The position numbers and the translations under genes were made by a program. From the human T2T-CHM13v2.0 reference genome, Homo sapiens: DNA of 64,000 bases. Location: assembly GCF_009914755.1 (NCBI RefSeq), contig NC_060929.1. One strand, 5' to 3'. This document shows positions 1 to 12,445 of this stretch, piece by piece (positions within the stretch are counted from its first letter, which is position 1; every line of letters begins with the position of its first letter). The notes beneath the pieces were generated by a model, which made no database searches, was not told the DNA's origin, and saw only the letters and a program-made list of their open reading frames with translations.

Positions 1-485
1 TGAGACACCTCTTTGGACCGCATAACTGAAAAAAGCTGTAATTTAATGGTAATAACAGTTCTTTGACCATGCTGCCCCTCCCCAAGCTGGCACAGCACCA
101 GACATGGAGAATGCCCCTATATCTATGATTTCTATTGTGGAAAAAGTGATTTGGAGGTAGACATTCAGCTTCCCTACTATTCTGGGACTCTACAGGAGGC
201 TCACCTCCATCTTGTCCCATGGGAAACACTGGTAGTACTGGCAGAGCTAGATTACCTGAGGTCAGTTAGAAACAAAGAATGAGGCTGGGGCTCACATCAA
301 CTAGCATGTGGATCTTGGTAGTTGTTCTGCATTCTGGTCAATGGAAGTACCACACCAGAGAGACTAACCAACAGTGCCATGCTGCAGGAAACACAGTCCA
401 TGGGACTTCCTGATTTGGATCTCTAGCCAGCTTCCTCACACATCCTGGATGTTTTCGTTGGTTTTCTTAGTTAAGAAGCAACTGT

Positions 486-825
<340 letters not shown>

Positions 826-3639
826 CTAAGCCCTGGTTTTCTTAGTAAATATTCTCCATGCTTGAAGGCAATTGCAGGTCAGTGATTACCAGGGGAGAGG
901 GTGTCTTGTTCTGCCCAACCTCAGTTGCTGAGTGGTGACTTCACCAAACTTCGGTGCTCTGCTTAAGCATATGCCAGGCTGGGAAACAAACTCAAGTTCA
1001 TGCATATCTGTGCCACATAGCCTCTGCCCTGTCCATCCCGTGTGGTCGAGCAGCAACCCAAGATACTTCACTCAGCCTTGGAGTTTAGCACATGGCCTTG
1101 CCCAACTACAGGTTCGAAACAACAACATCTCCACTAGGCCAAGAGTGGTAATCTGCAACTTTGCCCAACCAGAGATTATTTGCAGAGCCCAGGCAGCAGC
1201 CAAATTTGATGGCAGAGTCCATTCAGTGGTCTTACTAGACCACAGAGCTCAGCCAGCATTACCATTCAACCTCAGAGCACAGGAAGTGACCCAGCCCAGT
1301 GGAAGAACCTGACACCAAAGTCTGCCTGTCTATAGCTGCTACTAGCTGGAATTACCTGCAATTATAGGCTAGACAAAATAATAAAGTTCTCTCACCACCA
1401 AAAAATACCTGCAAATATTGGAAAAGGTACCTGTCTTATCAAGTGCACAGGTATCAATGTAAGTATACAGGATTATTTAAAATCAGGGAAATGTAACACT
1501 ACCAAAGGAAGTTAATCAAGCTCCAATAACAGAACCAGAATAAATGGGGATCTAGGAAATGACTGACAATTAATTCTGAATAACTCTCTTAAAGAGTTTT
1601 AGAGAAAGCCAAGAAAATGCAGAGAGAAAATTACATAAAATTTGTGAAACAATTTATGAACAAAATGAAAAGTCTGGCCAAAAAAGAATAAGAATTTATA
1701 ATGATAAAGACTGTAATAAGTGATTTGAAAAATTCAGTAGAAAGCTTCAACAGAAGACATGACTAAACAGAATCAGTGAGCTTGAAATTAGAAAATTTTA
1801 AATTATCTAATTAGATGAGCAAAAATAAAACAAAATAAAAAAGAAAGAAATCCTACAGAAATTATGAGGTACCATGAAATTAACTAACTTTTGCATAACA
1901 GGAATTTCTGAAAGAGAAGAGGGAGAAAAAGCACTAGCATGTACATTTAAGGGAATAATGGCTGAAAAATTTTCCAAATCTGGGGAAAGATGACAATATC
2001 CAGATACAGGGAGCTCAGAGGTTGCCAATCCAGCCCCAAAAAGGGTTCATCAAGGTGCAGCATAATCAAATAATCAAAAATGACAGGCAAAAAAAGAATA
2101 TTAAAAGTAACAAGAAATTTGCAAAGTCACATTCAAGGGTATCCCAATACAATTTCAGTAGATTTCTCAGCAGAAATCTTGCATGCCAGAGGATAGGGGG
2201 ATGATATATTCAAAGTGCTAAAGAACAAAAACAAAACCAAAAATACTGCCAACCAAGAATACTTTACCTGTCAATGCTGTCATTCAGAAATGAAGGATAG
2301 ATAAAAACTTCCCCTGACAAACAAAAGCTAAGGGAGTTTGTCACCACTAGGGCTAGCTTCACAAGTATTGTTAAAGGAAAGTCTTTCAGATAAAACAAAA
2401 GACTGCTAATTAATAACAAAAAAGAAAGTGAAAAAACAATTTTTTATGTTTGGTGTAAGTAATACACAGTCATAGGATTATCAAATATTTATGAGTGTTA
2501 CAAATCAATTTTATGCATACTAGGAGGATTAAAAGACAAAACTATTAAAAATAAATACATTTACAATACAATGTAAAGGATATAAGTTCAAAAGAAAAGC
2601 AAATGTAGAATTTGACATGGAAATTATAAAAGATGGGGGATAGAGAATGAAAGTGCAGAGGTTTTGTACATGATTAAAGTAAGTTATTATCAGCTTACAG
2701 TAGCCTAAGAATAAGATATTTTATGTAAACCTCATAATAACCACAAAGCAAAAATATATAGTAGTTGCACAAAACATAAAAAGGATGGAGTCAAAGCATT
2801 TCACCACATAAACCCATCAGACTAAAAAGGAAAACAGCAAGAAAAATAGACAGGACCTACAAAACAATGAAAAAATAAATTACAACATGGCAGTAGCAAG
2901 TCCTTATCTATCAATAATTACCTTGATGTACATGATTATATTCTCCAATAAAAAGTCATAGAGTATTTGAATGGATGACAAAACATGATCCAACCATATG
3001 TGGCACACAAAAAACTCATTTTACTAGTAAGGACACACATGGACTGAAAATGGAGGCATAGTGAAAGATATTCTATGCAAACAGAAACTGAAAGAAAACA
3101 GGAAAAGCTATGTGTATCTCAGATAAAATATAATGCATATATCAGTCTTGAAGCTACAAATTATGAAAAAAGACAAAGAAGGTCATTACATAATCACAAA
3201 AGGGTTAATTCACCAAAACGATATAATAATTGTAAATATGAGGGGACTTCAACAAGTTCATGGGAAAATGGGAATTGAAGATAAAAATATGACATATAAA
3301 CTTTATTTCTCAACATAAACTTCATCAACTTCAAAATACTTTTGTAAGCAATGATACCAGCCATTTAATTCATCCCTAAAGAACTGAGCGTCCTGGAAAT
3401 TTAACCTAGTTAATGCAGTCTTTTGTTATTATTAACTGAAGAAAAATGGGTGCCCTTTAAATACTATTGAGATTAGGGAACAAACACAAGTCAGAAGTTG
3501 TGAAATCAGGACTGTGGGAAAATGTCTGATTATTTCCCACTGAAACTCTTGTAAAATTTTCCTTCTGTAAAGAGAAAAATGAACAGGAGCATTGTCATGT
3601 TGGAGAAGCACTCTGGTGAGGCTTTCTTTGGCATTATTT

Positions 3640-4030
3640 GTTTTTCTTTTTTTTTCCTTTTAAATATATTTTAAATTTTAGAAGAGTTTTAGATTTACAG
3701 AAAATTTGAGAATATAGTACATAGGATTCTCATATACCTCACATTCAGTGTATTGTATTATTAACATCTTACATTAGTATGGTATATTTTTCATGGTTAA
3801 TGAGCCAATAATAATGCATTATTATTAACTGAAGCCCATAGTTTCCTAGTTTCCTAGTTTTCACTTAATGTCCTTTTTTCACTTAATTTTCCTAGTTTTC
3901 ACTTAATGTCCTTTTTCTCTTCCAGGATCCTATCCGGGATACCATATTACTTTTAATCATTGTATCTCCCTAGGCTCCTGTAGACTTTGACAGTTTCTCA
4001 GACTTATTTTTAATGACTTTGACAGTTTGT
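3640..4030 (-). mobile_element. L1MC-type 3' end fragment nested in Hsmar2
   Basis: Poly(T) followed by TTTTAGATTTACAGAAAATTTG...ATTATTAACATCTTACATTAGTATGGT...TTCCAGGATCC, resembling an antisense L1MC1/2 3'UTR. Confidence 0.7.
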
Positions 4031-4064
4031 TTTCAATATTACAAAAACATATAACTTACAAAAA

Positions 4065-4273
4065 AATTTTGCTTCAAGGGGAACATGTGCATGTTTGTTC
4101 CATGGACATATTGCATTGTGCAGAGGTTTGGACTTTGAGTGAACCTGTCACTAAAATAGTGAACATATTACCCAATGGGTAGATTTTCAACCCTTGCTCC
4201 CCTCCTGTCCTCCCACCTTTTGGAGTCCCCAGTGTCTATTCCCATCTTTATGCCCATGTATACCTAATGTTTA
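4065..4273 (-). mobile_element. Old L1PA (approx. L1PA15-17) 3' end fragment nested in Hsmar2
   Basis: ACATGTGCATGTTTGTTCCATGG...AAATAGTGAACAT...TTTTGGAGTCCCCAGTGTCTATT resembles an antisense old L1PA 3'UTR. Confidence 0.7.
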
Positions 4274-6409
4274 CTTAGTGCCTCAAACTACATCCTGTTC
4301 AGACATGTTATAAGAAATTAGTATGAGTTTACTTTAGTGTAAAAAAAAAGCTTAGAAACCTCTTTGTGCAGTATGGGAAAAAGTAAATAAAAATGAGAAA
4401 AAAACACCTTGAAACTCCTGCAGTTTTTTCATAATAGACATTTCCATGAACTTTTTAAATACCCTCATATATGGACCCAAAACTGGAGCACCTAAATAAA
4501 TAAAGCAATTATTAAGTGATCTGAATGGAGGGATAGACTGCAATACCATAGTAGCCGGGGACTTCAGTACTCCACTTTCAACAATAAACAGATCATCTAG
4601 ATAGAAAACCAGTAAGGAAGTGTTGGGCTTGAATTACGCTTTAGACCAAATTGACCTAACAGGCATATACAAGACATTCCATACAATAACAGCAGAATAC
4701 ACATTCTTTTCAAGGGCATAGGGAACATTTTATAGGGTAGACTTTATGTTAGATTACAAAACAATGGTTAACAAATTTATAAGAATTGAAATTATATCAG
4801 GTATCATTTTGGATAATAATGACATGAAACTAAAAATCAACGAAAGGAGAAATCTAGGAAAATACAAAAATATCTGGATATTAAACCACATATTCCTAAA
4901 TAACTAATGGGTCACAGAATAAATTAAAAAGGAATAAAAATTATATTGAGACAAATGAAAATGGAAACACAACATACTAAAATTGATGGTATGTGCAAAA
5001 ATATTCCTGAGAGAAATTTATAATAACAGGTGCCTAGATCCAAAAAAAGATAACAAATAAACAATCTAATGTTACACCTCAAATAACTAAAAAATAACAA
5101 ACTGAACCCAAAGTTAGCAGAAGGAAGAAAATAACAAATGACAGAAACAAATAAAAGGGAGAATAGAAAAACAATAGAAGAAAATCAATAAAACTAAGAG
5201 ATTTTAAAAAGGTAAACAAAATTCACAAAGCCTTAGCTAGACAAACTAGGAAAAAAGAGAAACTACTCAAATAAATGATACCAGAAATGAATGAGGAGAC
5301 ATTACAACTGATATCTCTGAAATCTAAAATTCTAAGAAATGACCACGAGTAAGTATACACCAAAAAATTGTACAGTCCAGAAGAAATGATTATCTAGACA
5401 CATATAATTTACCAGGAATGAATTATGAATACACAGAATATCTGAACAGACCAATAACAAGTAAGGTGATTGATTAAATAATTTAAAATGTCTTCCATCA
5501 AAGAAAAGCCCAGAACCCAGACTTCAGTGCTGAATTATACCAAATATTTAAAGAAAAACTAATATTAATTCTTTGTAAACTCTTTCAAAAAATTGAAGTG
5601 TAGGGAATATTTCCAAATGCATATTATGAAACAAGCATTACCCTAATACCAAATCCAGGCAAATCCACAAGAAAAACAAGTTATAGGCCAATATCTCTGT
5701 TGAACATAGATGTAAAATTCCTTAAAATAACATTAGCAAATCAAATTTAAGAACACAGTTACAGGATCACTCACCATGATTAAGTGGAATTTGTCCCTGG
5801 ATGCAAGAATGGCTCAACACATGCAAATCAATAAATGTGATGTAATACCTTTAAAAAACAAAAGATAAAAACCATATGATTATCTCAACAGATGCAGAAA
5901 AAGCATTTGACAAAATTTAGGACCATTTCATAATAAAAACTCAATAGATTAGGTATAAAGGGAATGTCCCTGAACCCAATAAAGGAGATATATCACAAAC
6001 CTGTAGCTAACACTCCTAATGGTGAAAAGTTGAAAGTTTTTATTTCAAGGCCAAGAACAAAAGAAAGATGCTTAATCTCACCACTTTTTTTTCAATATAG
6101 TACTGAAAATTCTAGCTAGAGCAATTAGATAAGAAAGAAATAAGAGGCATCCTAATAAAAAGAAGTGAGATCATCTTTATTTGCTGATGGCATGATCACA
6201 TATGTAAAAAATTCTAAAGACTCCACCAGAAAACTGTTAGAGCTGACAAAATAATTCAGTAGAACACAAAATCAACATACAAAAATTAGTATTTCTACAT
6301 GTTGAATCTTATCTGTAAAGGAAATTTTTAAAATATCCCATTTATAATAGCAACAAAAAATTAAATACTTTGGTATAAATGTAATCAAGGAGGTAAAAAA
6401 CTTGTATAC

Positions 6410-6632
6410 TGAACAATGAGAACACATGGACACAGGGAGGGGAACATCACACACCGCTGGGTGCGCCTGTCGCGGGTGGAGGGCTGGGGGAGGGATAGCA
6501 CTAGGAGAAATACCTAGTATAAATGATGAGTTGATGGGTGCAGCAAACCAACATGGCACATGTATACCTGTGTAACAAACCTGCACGTTTTACACATGTA
6601 CCCCAGAACATAAAGTATAATGAAAAAAAAAA
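6410..6632 (+). mobile_element. 5'-truncated L1PA (approx. L1PA7) 3'UTR inserted in the old L1
   Basis: GAACAATGAGAACACATGGACACAGGGAGGGGAAC...TTGATGGGTGCAGCAAACCAACATGG...AAAGTATAATGAAAAA. TSD AAAAAACTTGTATACTGAA at 6395-6413 and 6663-6681. Confidence 0.9.
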
Positions 6633-8519
6633 GAAATTGCAAACTGATTTATCATAGCATAAAAAAAACTTGTATACTGAAAATTACAAAACATTGATGA
6701 AAGACACTGAAGAAAACACAAATAAACAGAAAGATATCCAATGTTCATGGGTTGAAAACATTAATATTTTGAAAATATGTATAAAAATCCAAAGCAATAT
6801 ACAGATTCAATGAAATTCCTATCAAAATGCCAATGTCCTTATTCACAGAAATAGAAAAAGCAATCTTTACATTTGTATGGAATTATAAAAGACCCCAAAT
6901 AGTAAAGAGTCGTGAGCCAAAACAATAAAACTGAAGGCATCACACTCCCTCATTTAAAAACATATTATAAAGTAATTGCAATCAAAACAGCATGAATGGT
7001 AGTGGCATAATAACCAACATATTGATCAGTGAAACAGGATAGAGATACCAGAAATAAACCCATAGAATTCTAGTAAATTGATTTTTGATGGAAGTGTTTT
7101 TGATACCCTTGGAGAAAGGAAAGTCTCTTCAATAAATGTCATTGGGAAAACTGGATATCCACAAGCAGAAGAATGTAACTGGACCCTTACCTCTCACCAT
7201 ATATTATAATCAACTCAAAATGGATTAAAGAGTTAAATGTAATCCCTGTAACTGTATAACTACTAGAAGAAAACATAGGGGAAGTGCTCTACAACATTGG
7301 CCTGGGCAAAGATTTTTTGGTTATAATCCCAAAAGCATAGGCAACAAAGGCAAAAACAAACAAATGGAATTGTATCAAACTAAAAAAGCTTCTTCACAGC
7401 AAAGGAAACAATTAATAGAATGAGGAGATAATTCATGGATTGGGAGAAAATATTTGAAAATAATACATCTGATAAGAAGCTAATATCCAAAACATACAAG
7501 GAATTTAAAACAACTGAACAGCAAGAAAACAAATAACTCGATCAACTAATGAATAATTTACCTAAATAGACACCTCTCAAAATAAGACATACAAATAGCC
7601 AACAAATATATTTAGAAAAATGATCATCATTGATAATCGTTGAAATGTACATTAAAACCACAAAAAGATAGTTCCTCACATCTGTTAGAATAGCTATTGT
7701 AAAAATGATGAAAGATAGCAAGTGTTGGCAAGGGTGTGGAGAAAATGGAGCCCTGTGTATCGTTAGTGGGAATGCAAATTAGTATAGTTATTATGAAAAA
7801 CTCTATGGAGGTTTCTGAAAAAACTAAAAATAGAACTACCATATGATCTAGTAATCTCACTTCTGGGTATATATCACAAACAACTGAAACCAGAAAATTG
7901 AAGGGATAACTGCACTCCCTTGTTTATTGTAGCCATATTCACAATGTCCAAGATATGCTGTCGACTCAAGTGTTTATCAGTGGATGAATGGATAGAGAAA
8001 ATGTGATATATATACACAATAAAATGCTATTTCACTTTTAAAAATGAGGAAATCCTGAACATGGATGAATATGGAAGAAATTATGCAAAGTGAAATAAGA
8101 CAGGCACAGAAAGACAAATACTTTATGATCTCCCTTATATGTGAAATGTAATAAAGTCGAACTCATAGAAGTAGAGAGTACAATGATAGTTACCACTGAC
8201 AGGAGAAATTGGTTTTAATATTTATATCACAGCAGGGTGGCTATAGTCAACAGTAATGTATATTTCAAAATAACTAAGAGTATTTTGAAACATCTCACCA
8301 TAAAAAATGATAGGTAAGTGAGGGGATAGACATGTTAACTAGCTTGATTTAATAATTCCACATTATATATATATATCAAAACATCATATTGTACCCCCAA
8401 ATATATATAATTATAGATTTGTCAATTAAAATTATATGAATAATACATTTTAAAAATTAAGTAATCAGAGCTACAATAGGATTTTAATTCTGCCATTATG
8501 TTGTGGTAATAATTTCAGA

Positions 8520-8813
8520 TTTTTTTTTTTTTTGAGACAAGGTCTCAATCTGACATCCAGGCTGGAGTTTAGTGGCATGATCTCAGCTCACAATCTCTGC
8601 CTCCTGGGCACAAGTCATCCTTTCACCTCAGCCTCCCGAATAGCTGGGGCTATAGGTGTGCACCACCATGCACAGCTAATTTTTCTTTATTTTTAGTAGA
8701 GATGGGGTTTTGCCATGTTACCCAGGCTGGTCTTGACCTCTTGGGCTCAAGAGATCCACCTGCTTTGGCCTCTTAAAATGCTGGGATTACAGTCTGAGCC
8801 ACTGTGACTGGCT
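8520..8813 (-). mobile_element. AluJ
   Basis: Poly(T)-GAGACAAGGTCTC...TTGGGCTCAAGAGATCC (J diagnostics), with high divergence. Confidence 0.9.
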
Positions 8814-8879
8814 TGATATTCTTTTTAAATAAAAAATTGTTATGACATTAAGAAAAAAAAATTGCAGTCAGCTCTGAGA

Positions 8880-9790
8880 ACAAAGTCCCACAACATTAGC
8901 TTAACAAGATGGAATAGTTTTTCAAAAGAATATATGAAAGCATGCTGTGAAATCTGGGAATAGGCTCCCCATAGTGGTACAGCATGTCTATTGTATCATC
9001 AGGACTCAGGATCCTTCTATTCTTACACTTAGCCTTTTTAAGGATATACTTATTGCCTCTTAGTTATAAGAGAGCAGCTGAAGCTACACTCTTCACAGCT
9101 ATATTCAAGGGAGGAGGAAGGTAAATGGCAAAGGACAAAAATTGCCTGCCAGATGTCAGCCTCTTTTTAAAGAACTTTTGCCTAGAGCCTACTCAATAAA
9201 TTTGGCCAGAACATAATCACATGGTGTCTTAATCTGTTTGTGTTGCTATAAATGAATACCTGAGGCTGGGTAATTTATAAAGAAAAGAGGTTTATTTGGC
9301 TCATACTTTTGCAGATTGTACAAAAATCATGACAGCAGCATCTGGTGAGGGCCTGAAGCTTCTTCCACTTGTGGTAGAAAGAGAAGAGGAGCTGGTATGT
9401 GTAGAGATCACATGGGTAGAGAGGAGAAGGCAAGAGAGAGAGAAAGGGGAGTGAGGTGCAGGCTCTTTTTAACAATCAATTCTCATGGGGACTAATAGAG
9501 CAAGAACTCACTCTTTACCTTGAGGACAGCATCAAGTCATTCATGAGGGATCTGCTCCCATGACACAAACCTCCTGTCAGGCCTCAACCCCAACATTGGG
9601 GATCAAATTTAAACATGAAATTTGGAGGGGCCAAATATTTAAACTATATCACATAACCATCCTTACTTCAAGGTGGCTAAGAAATATTGTTTTTAACTGG
9701 GGAGCATTTCCACTGCAAATAAAATTGGAATCCAGTTAATAAGGAAGCGAACAAGAACAGATATTAGCTAAGCAATGAAAAGGTCCATAC
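8880..9790 (-). mobile_element. MLT1K/L-type MaLR LTR, split by MSTB
   Basis: TGGCCAGAACATAATCACATGG before the MSTB continues after it as ...AATAAAATTGGAATCCAGTTAATAAGGAAG...GATATTAGCTAAGCAA. Confidence 0.55.
9225..9651 (-). mobile_element. MSTB MaLR solo LTR
   Basis: TGTCTTAATCTGTTTGTGTTGCTATAAATGAATACCTGAGGCTGGGTAATTTATAAAGAAAAGAGG...AAACTATATCA. TG...CA ends; degenerate 5-bp TSD CATGG/CATAA. Confidence 0.8.
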
Positions 9791-10114
9791 TACATCCTCT
9801 ACGTATGTACTCCATGCTCATTGCACTGGAGTTTCTCACCATTTGTACACTATTATGTTCATATTTCACTGCCTTTGCTTCTTTTTTGCTCTTTCCTGAG
9901 ACTAAAATGTGCCTGTCCTATTTACTACCAGTTGAAATCACAACTGTTTTTGAAGGTACATCTCCACACCTTCTCTATAAAACATTTTTCATCTTCTTCC
10001 TCAAAATTCTTTACTCTCTTTTCTATTCTCCTAAATATTTTCTTCTTATCATACAGTGCCTATCCAGAGTAATGCAAATTACATGAGTTTCACATATTGT
10101 CTTTCTCCAGGATG

Positions 10115-10215
10115 TTTTTAACTATCAGAGATCAGGAACTTATTCTATTTATTTTTGTGTCACATATCAGTACCTGGTATATAATAGTTATTTAATATAT
10201 TTTTAGAATTAAATA
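10115..10215 (+). mobile_element. L2 3' end fragment
   Basis: Degenerate CAGTACCTGGTATATAATAG...AATATATTTTAGAATT resembles the L2 terminus. Confidence 0.4.
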
Positions 10216-10669
10216 TATAAGCTACACTGTAAAGAAATTTAATGTTTGGTAGGGGAGACAACCTGCTTTTATAAATAACATAATGAAAGAATTAATTTGG
10301 GAACAGCCAGGCAGGGTCCACAGGAAGTACAGTGGGAGTTATCCCTAAATTTTTTCAAGAGCTGACATGAAGTATGTATATTCCTTATTCCCTTGGTCAT
10401 TTTGGTGTTACATTTGTCATTGATATGGCAGCCCTGACTCTAGATCTTTGTTTTCTCAGCTATTCTTTCTCCATATAGTCTTTAATCTCTGTCAATTTCT
10501 GACTTCTTTGTTCTTAAGTAGGTACTCAGCTCTCTTACAGTAAAATCAACCATTTTTTCTTTTGATATTATTTTGCTTTTTAGTTTCGTGGTTTTTCTAA
10601 AATCTTACATTCATCAACTGTTCTGCTTATTTTTTGTTTCCTCTTCAGATCAAGTCTTCAATCTTCTCC

Positions 10670-11012
10670 ACTATGAATGGATTATACCAATGGGTTTGCA
10701 AGCCCTCAGGTGTCACTTAGGTTTGGTCAAAAGGAGATTATAACGAAAACAGAAATTGGAGTGGAATATTCGTTACCTCAAATCTTGATAAGTCAATTTA
10801 GGCTACTATGTCTTTTGACTATGGTTCACTGCATCTTTCAAGGCAACCTGGTTTTTCTGACATCCATCCAGGGTTCTTTACTGTTCTCTCAGCCTTTAGC
10901 CTCTTGGAGTGGTAAGAGTTTCGTCATGGCTCCCCAAAACCTGCTCCTGCAGTTGTAATTATTCTTCCTGTAAATAAACCCTTTTAAAACCTGATGGGAT
11001 ACTAGGATACTA
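10670..11012 (+). mobile_element. Ancient ERVL LTR (LTR33-like)
   Basis: GGTTTGGTCAAAAGGAG, GGAGTGGTAAGAG and CTGTAAATAAACCCTTTT resemble LTR33 motifs. Very diverged. Confidence 0.4.
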
Positions 11013-12049
11013 CTGTGCATATTTTCACAACATGAATTTCTTTCTTAACTCTATACAACCTGAATTGCCTTCTTTTCTCTTTAGTAAGGTAATTTATTGC
11101 TACATAACAATGATGACAGATAGAACTCTGAAAATCGAGTCCAACCCAAATACTCTTCTTTAAGAAAAATGATGCTTGATACGAGGACTTCTGTGAGTTG
11201 GTGAATGAAAGCTTTAGACTAGAAACAGGCCATAAGCCTATGGCACAATATCAGTGAATGATTAAGCTGTTATTTTTTTTTTAATCAGAGGAAAGCGATG
11301 CAAAAATGGTCAAGTAATTTGAAACAATCTAAGGCTTCCATACTACAGATTTTAGTTGGATGCCAAGCATTTCTCTATATTCTAACAGCATGTTCCTTAA
11401 ACATCAATGCTTGGCTATACCACAGCTTATCAATGGAGAAATTAGTTACTTTACTAAAATATATATCATTTAACCTCATTAATTATGACATAGTTTTTAC
11501 CCTAGAAACCTGACAAGATATAAAATTGTAGATAAATTTTATATACTACTTGAAAAATGTAAAATAGTTAAAAATCATAGATAAGATTGCATAAATGAGT
11601 TTCACTAGTTTTAATTCTATTATGTATAATTCTATTAAATTTTCTTACTTAAACAAAATAAAAAACTAATTATAAAAATGAAAATAAAACGCCAACTCAT
11701 AATTAATATTATTTGATGATATTGATGTTACTAAATTAACTAGATAACTTACATTTTAAAACATTTAGCTAAATTATTCTATATCTGTAATTGGATTTTT
11801 AGAATAATCATAAGAATAATATAAAAGTAAATTAGAATCTTGTGCTGACTGTTTTTACTGCTATATATGATCGATGGAAAATTGGTAGGAGACAAGATAA
11901 AATAAAGATTAAATTTTTAAGATCCTCCTTCTATAGTGCTACCTAGACAATAGTTCTAGACTAATTGATCACAGTTTTCCTTTAGCTACCTTGACCTGGT
12001 AGCATTTCTCTTGTTCTCTCCATTGAGAACACATGTGTAATATACCTTG

Positions 12050-12200
12050 GGAAGAACATCTGGAAAGACATACACTGAATTTTAATAGTAGTTACCCTTG
12101 GGTGGTAGAATTTTACATGGTTCTATTATTTTTCTTTTGGTTCATTTGCATTTCTGATTTTTATCTACAATGTATGTATGTTTCATGTAAAATTAAAAAA
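12050..12200 (+). mobile_element. Ancient L1ME/L1MC 3' end fragment
   Basis: TGGAAAGACATACAC...AGTAGTTACCCTTGGGTGG...TCTACAATGTATGTATG...AAAAAA. Confidence 0.5.
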
Positions 12201-12339
12201 TAGTCAAAAATCTCAGAATGTTCAAGAATTGCTTATGATAATAACATATGCAAACAAGTCAGAATTAGACCTGAGCTGCCTCTTTCTATTAAAGTCAACA
12301 TTTAAATTTCATTGATTTTAGAATTTACTTGAACTTAAC

Positions 12340-12445
12340 TTGATTCAACTTAGAACACCCTGGTGAGCATCTATTATGTGTCCTAGGTACCATGCTAGGC
12401 CCTGAATAAAGATGGAGAGATGCAGTTTCTATCCTGGAGGCAGCA
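12340..12445 (-). mobile_element. L2 3' fragment
   Basis: TGAGCATCTATTATGTGTCCTAGGTACCATGCTAGG, the antisense L2 terminus. Confidence 0.5.

Larger units (their letters stand above)
3239..4467 (-). mobile_element. Hsmar2 (human mariner 2) DNA transposon, internally deleted and interrupted
   Basis: Inverted termini TGAGGGGACTTCAACAAGTTCATGGGAAAATG (3239) and CATTTCCATGAACTTTTTAAATACCCTCA (to 4467). TA target duplication at 3237-38 and 4468-69. The transposase 3' relic lies at about 3300-3630 on the minus strand. Removing the element restores L1 ORF2 AAATATATGGACCCAA. Confidence 0.85.

Noticed and set aside
932-1312. 126-aa ORF
   Set aside because: It lies in the old L1 5'UTR, starts at GTG and has no recognisable domain, so it is probably a chance ORF.
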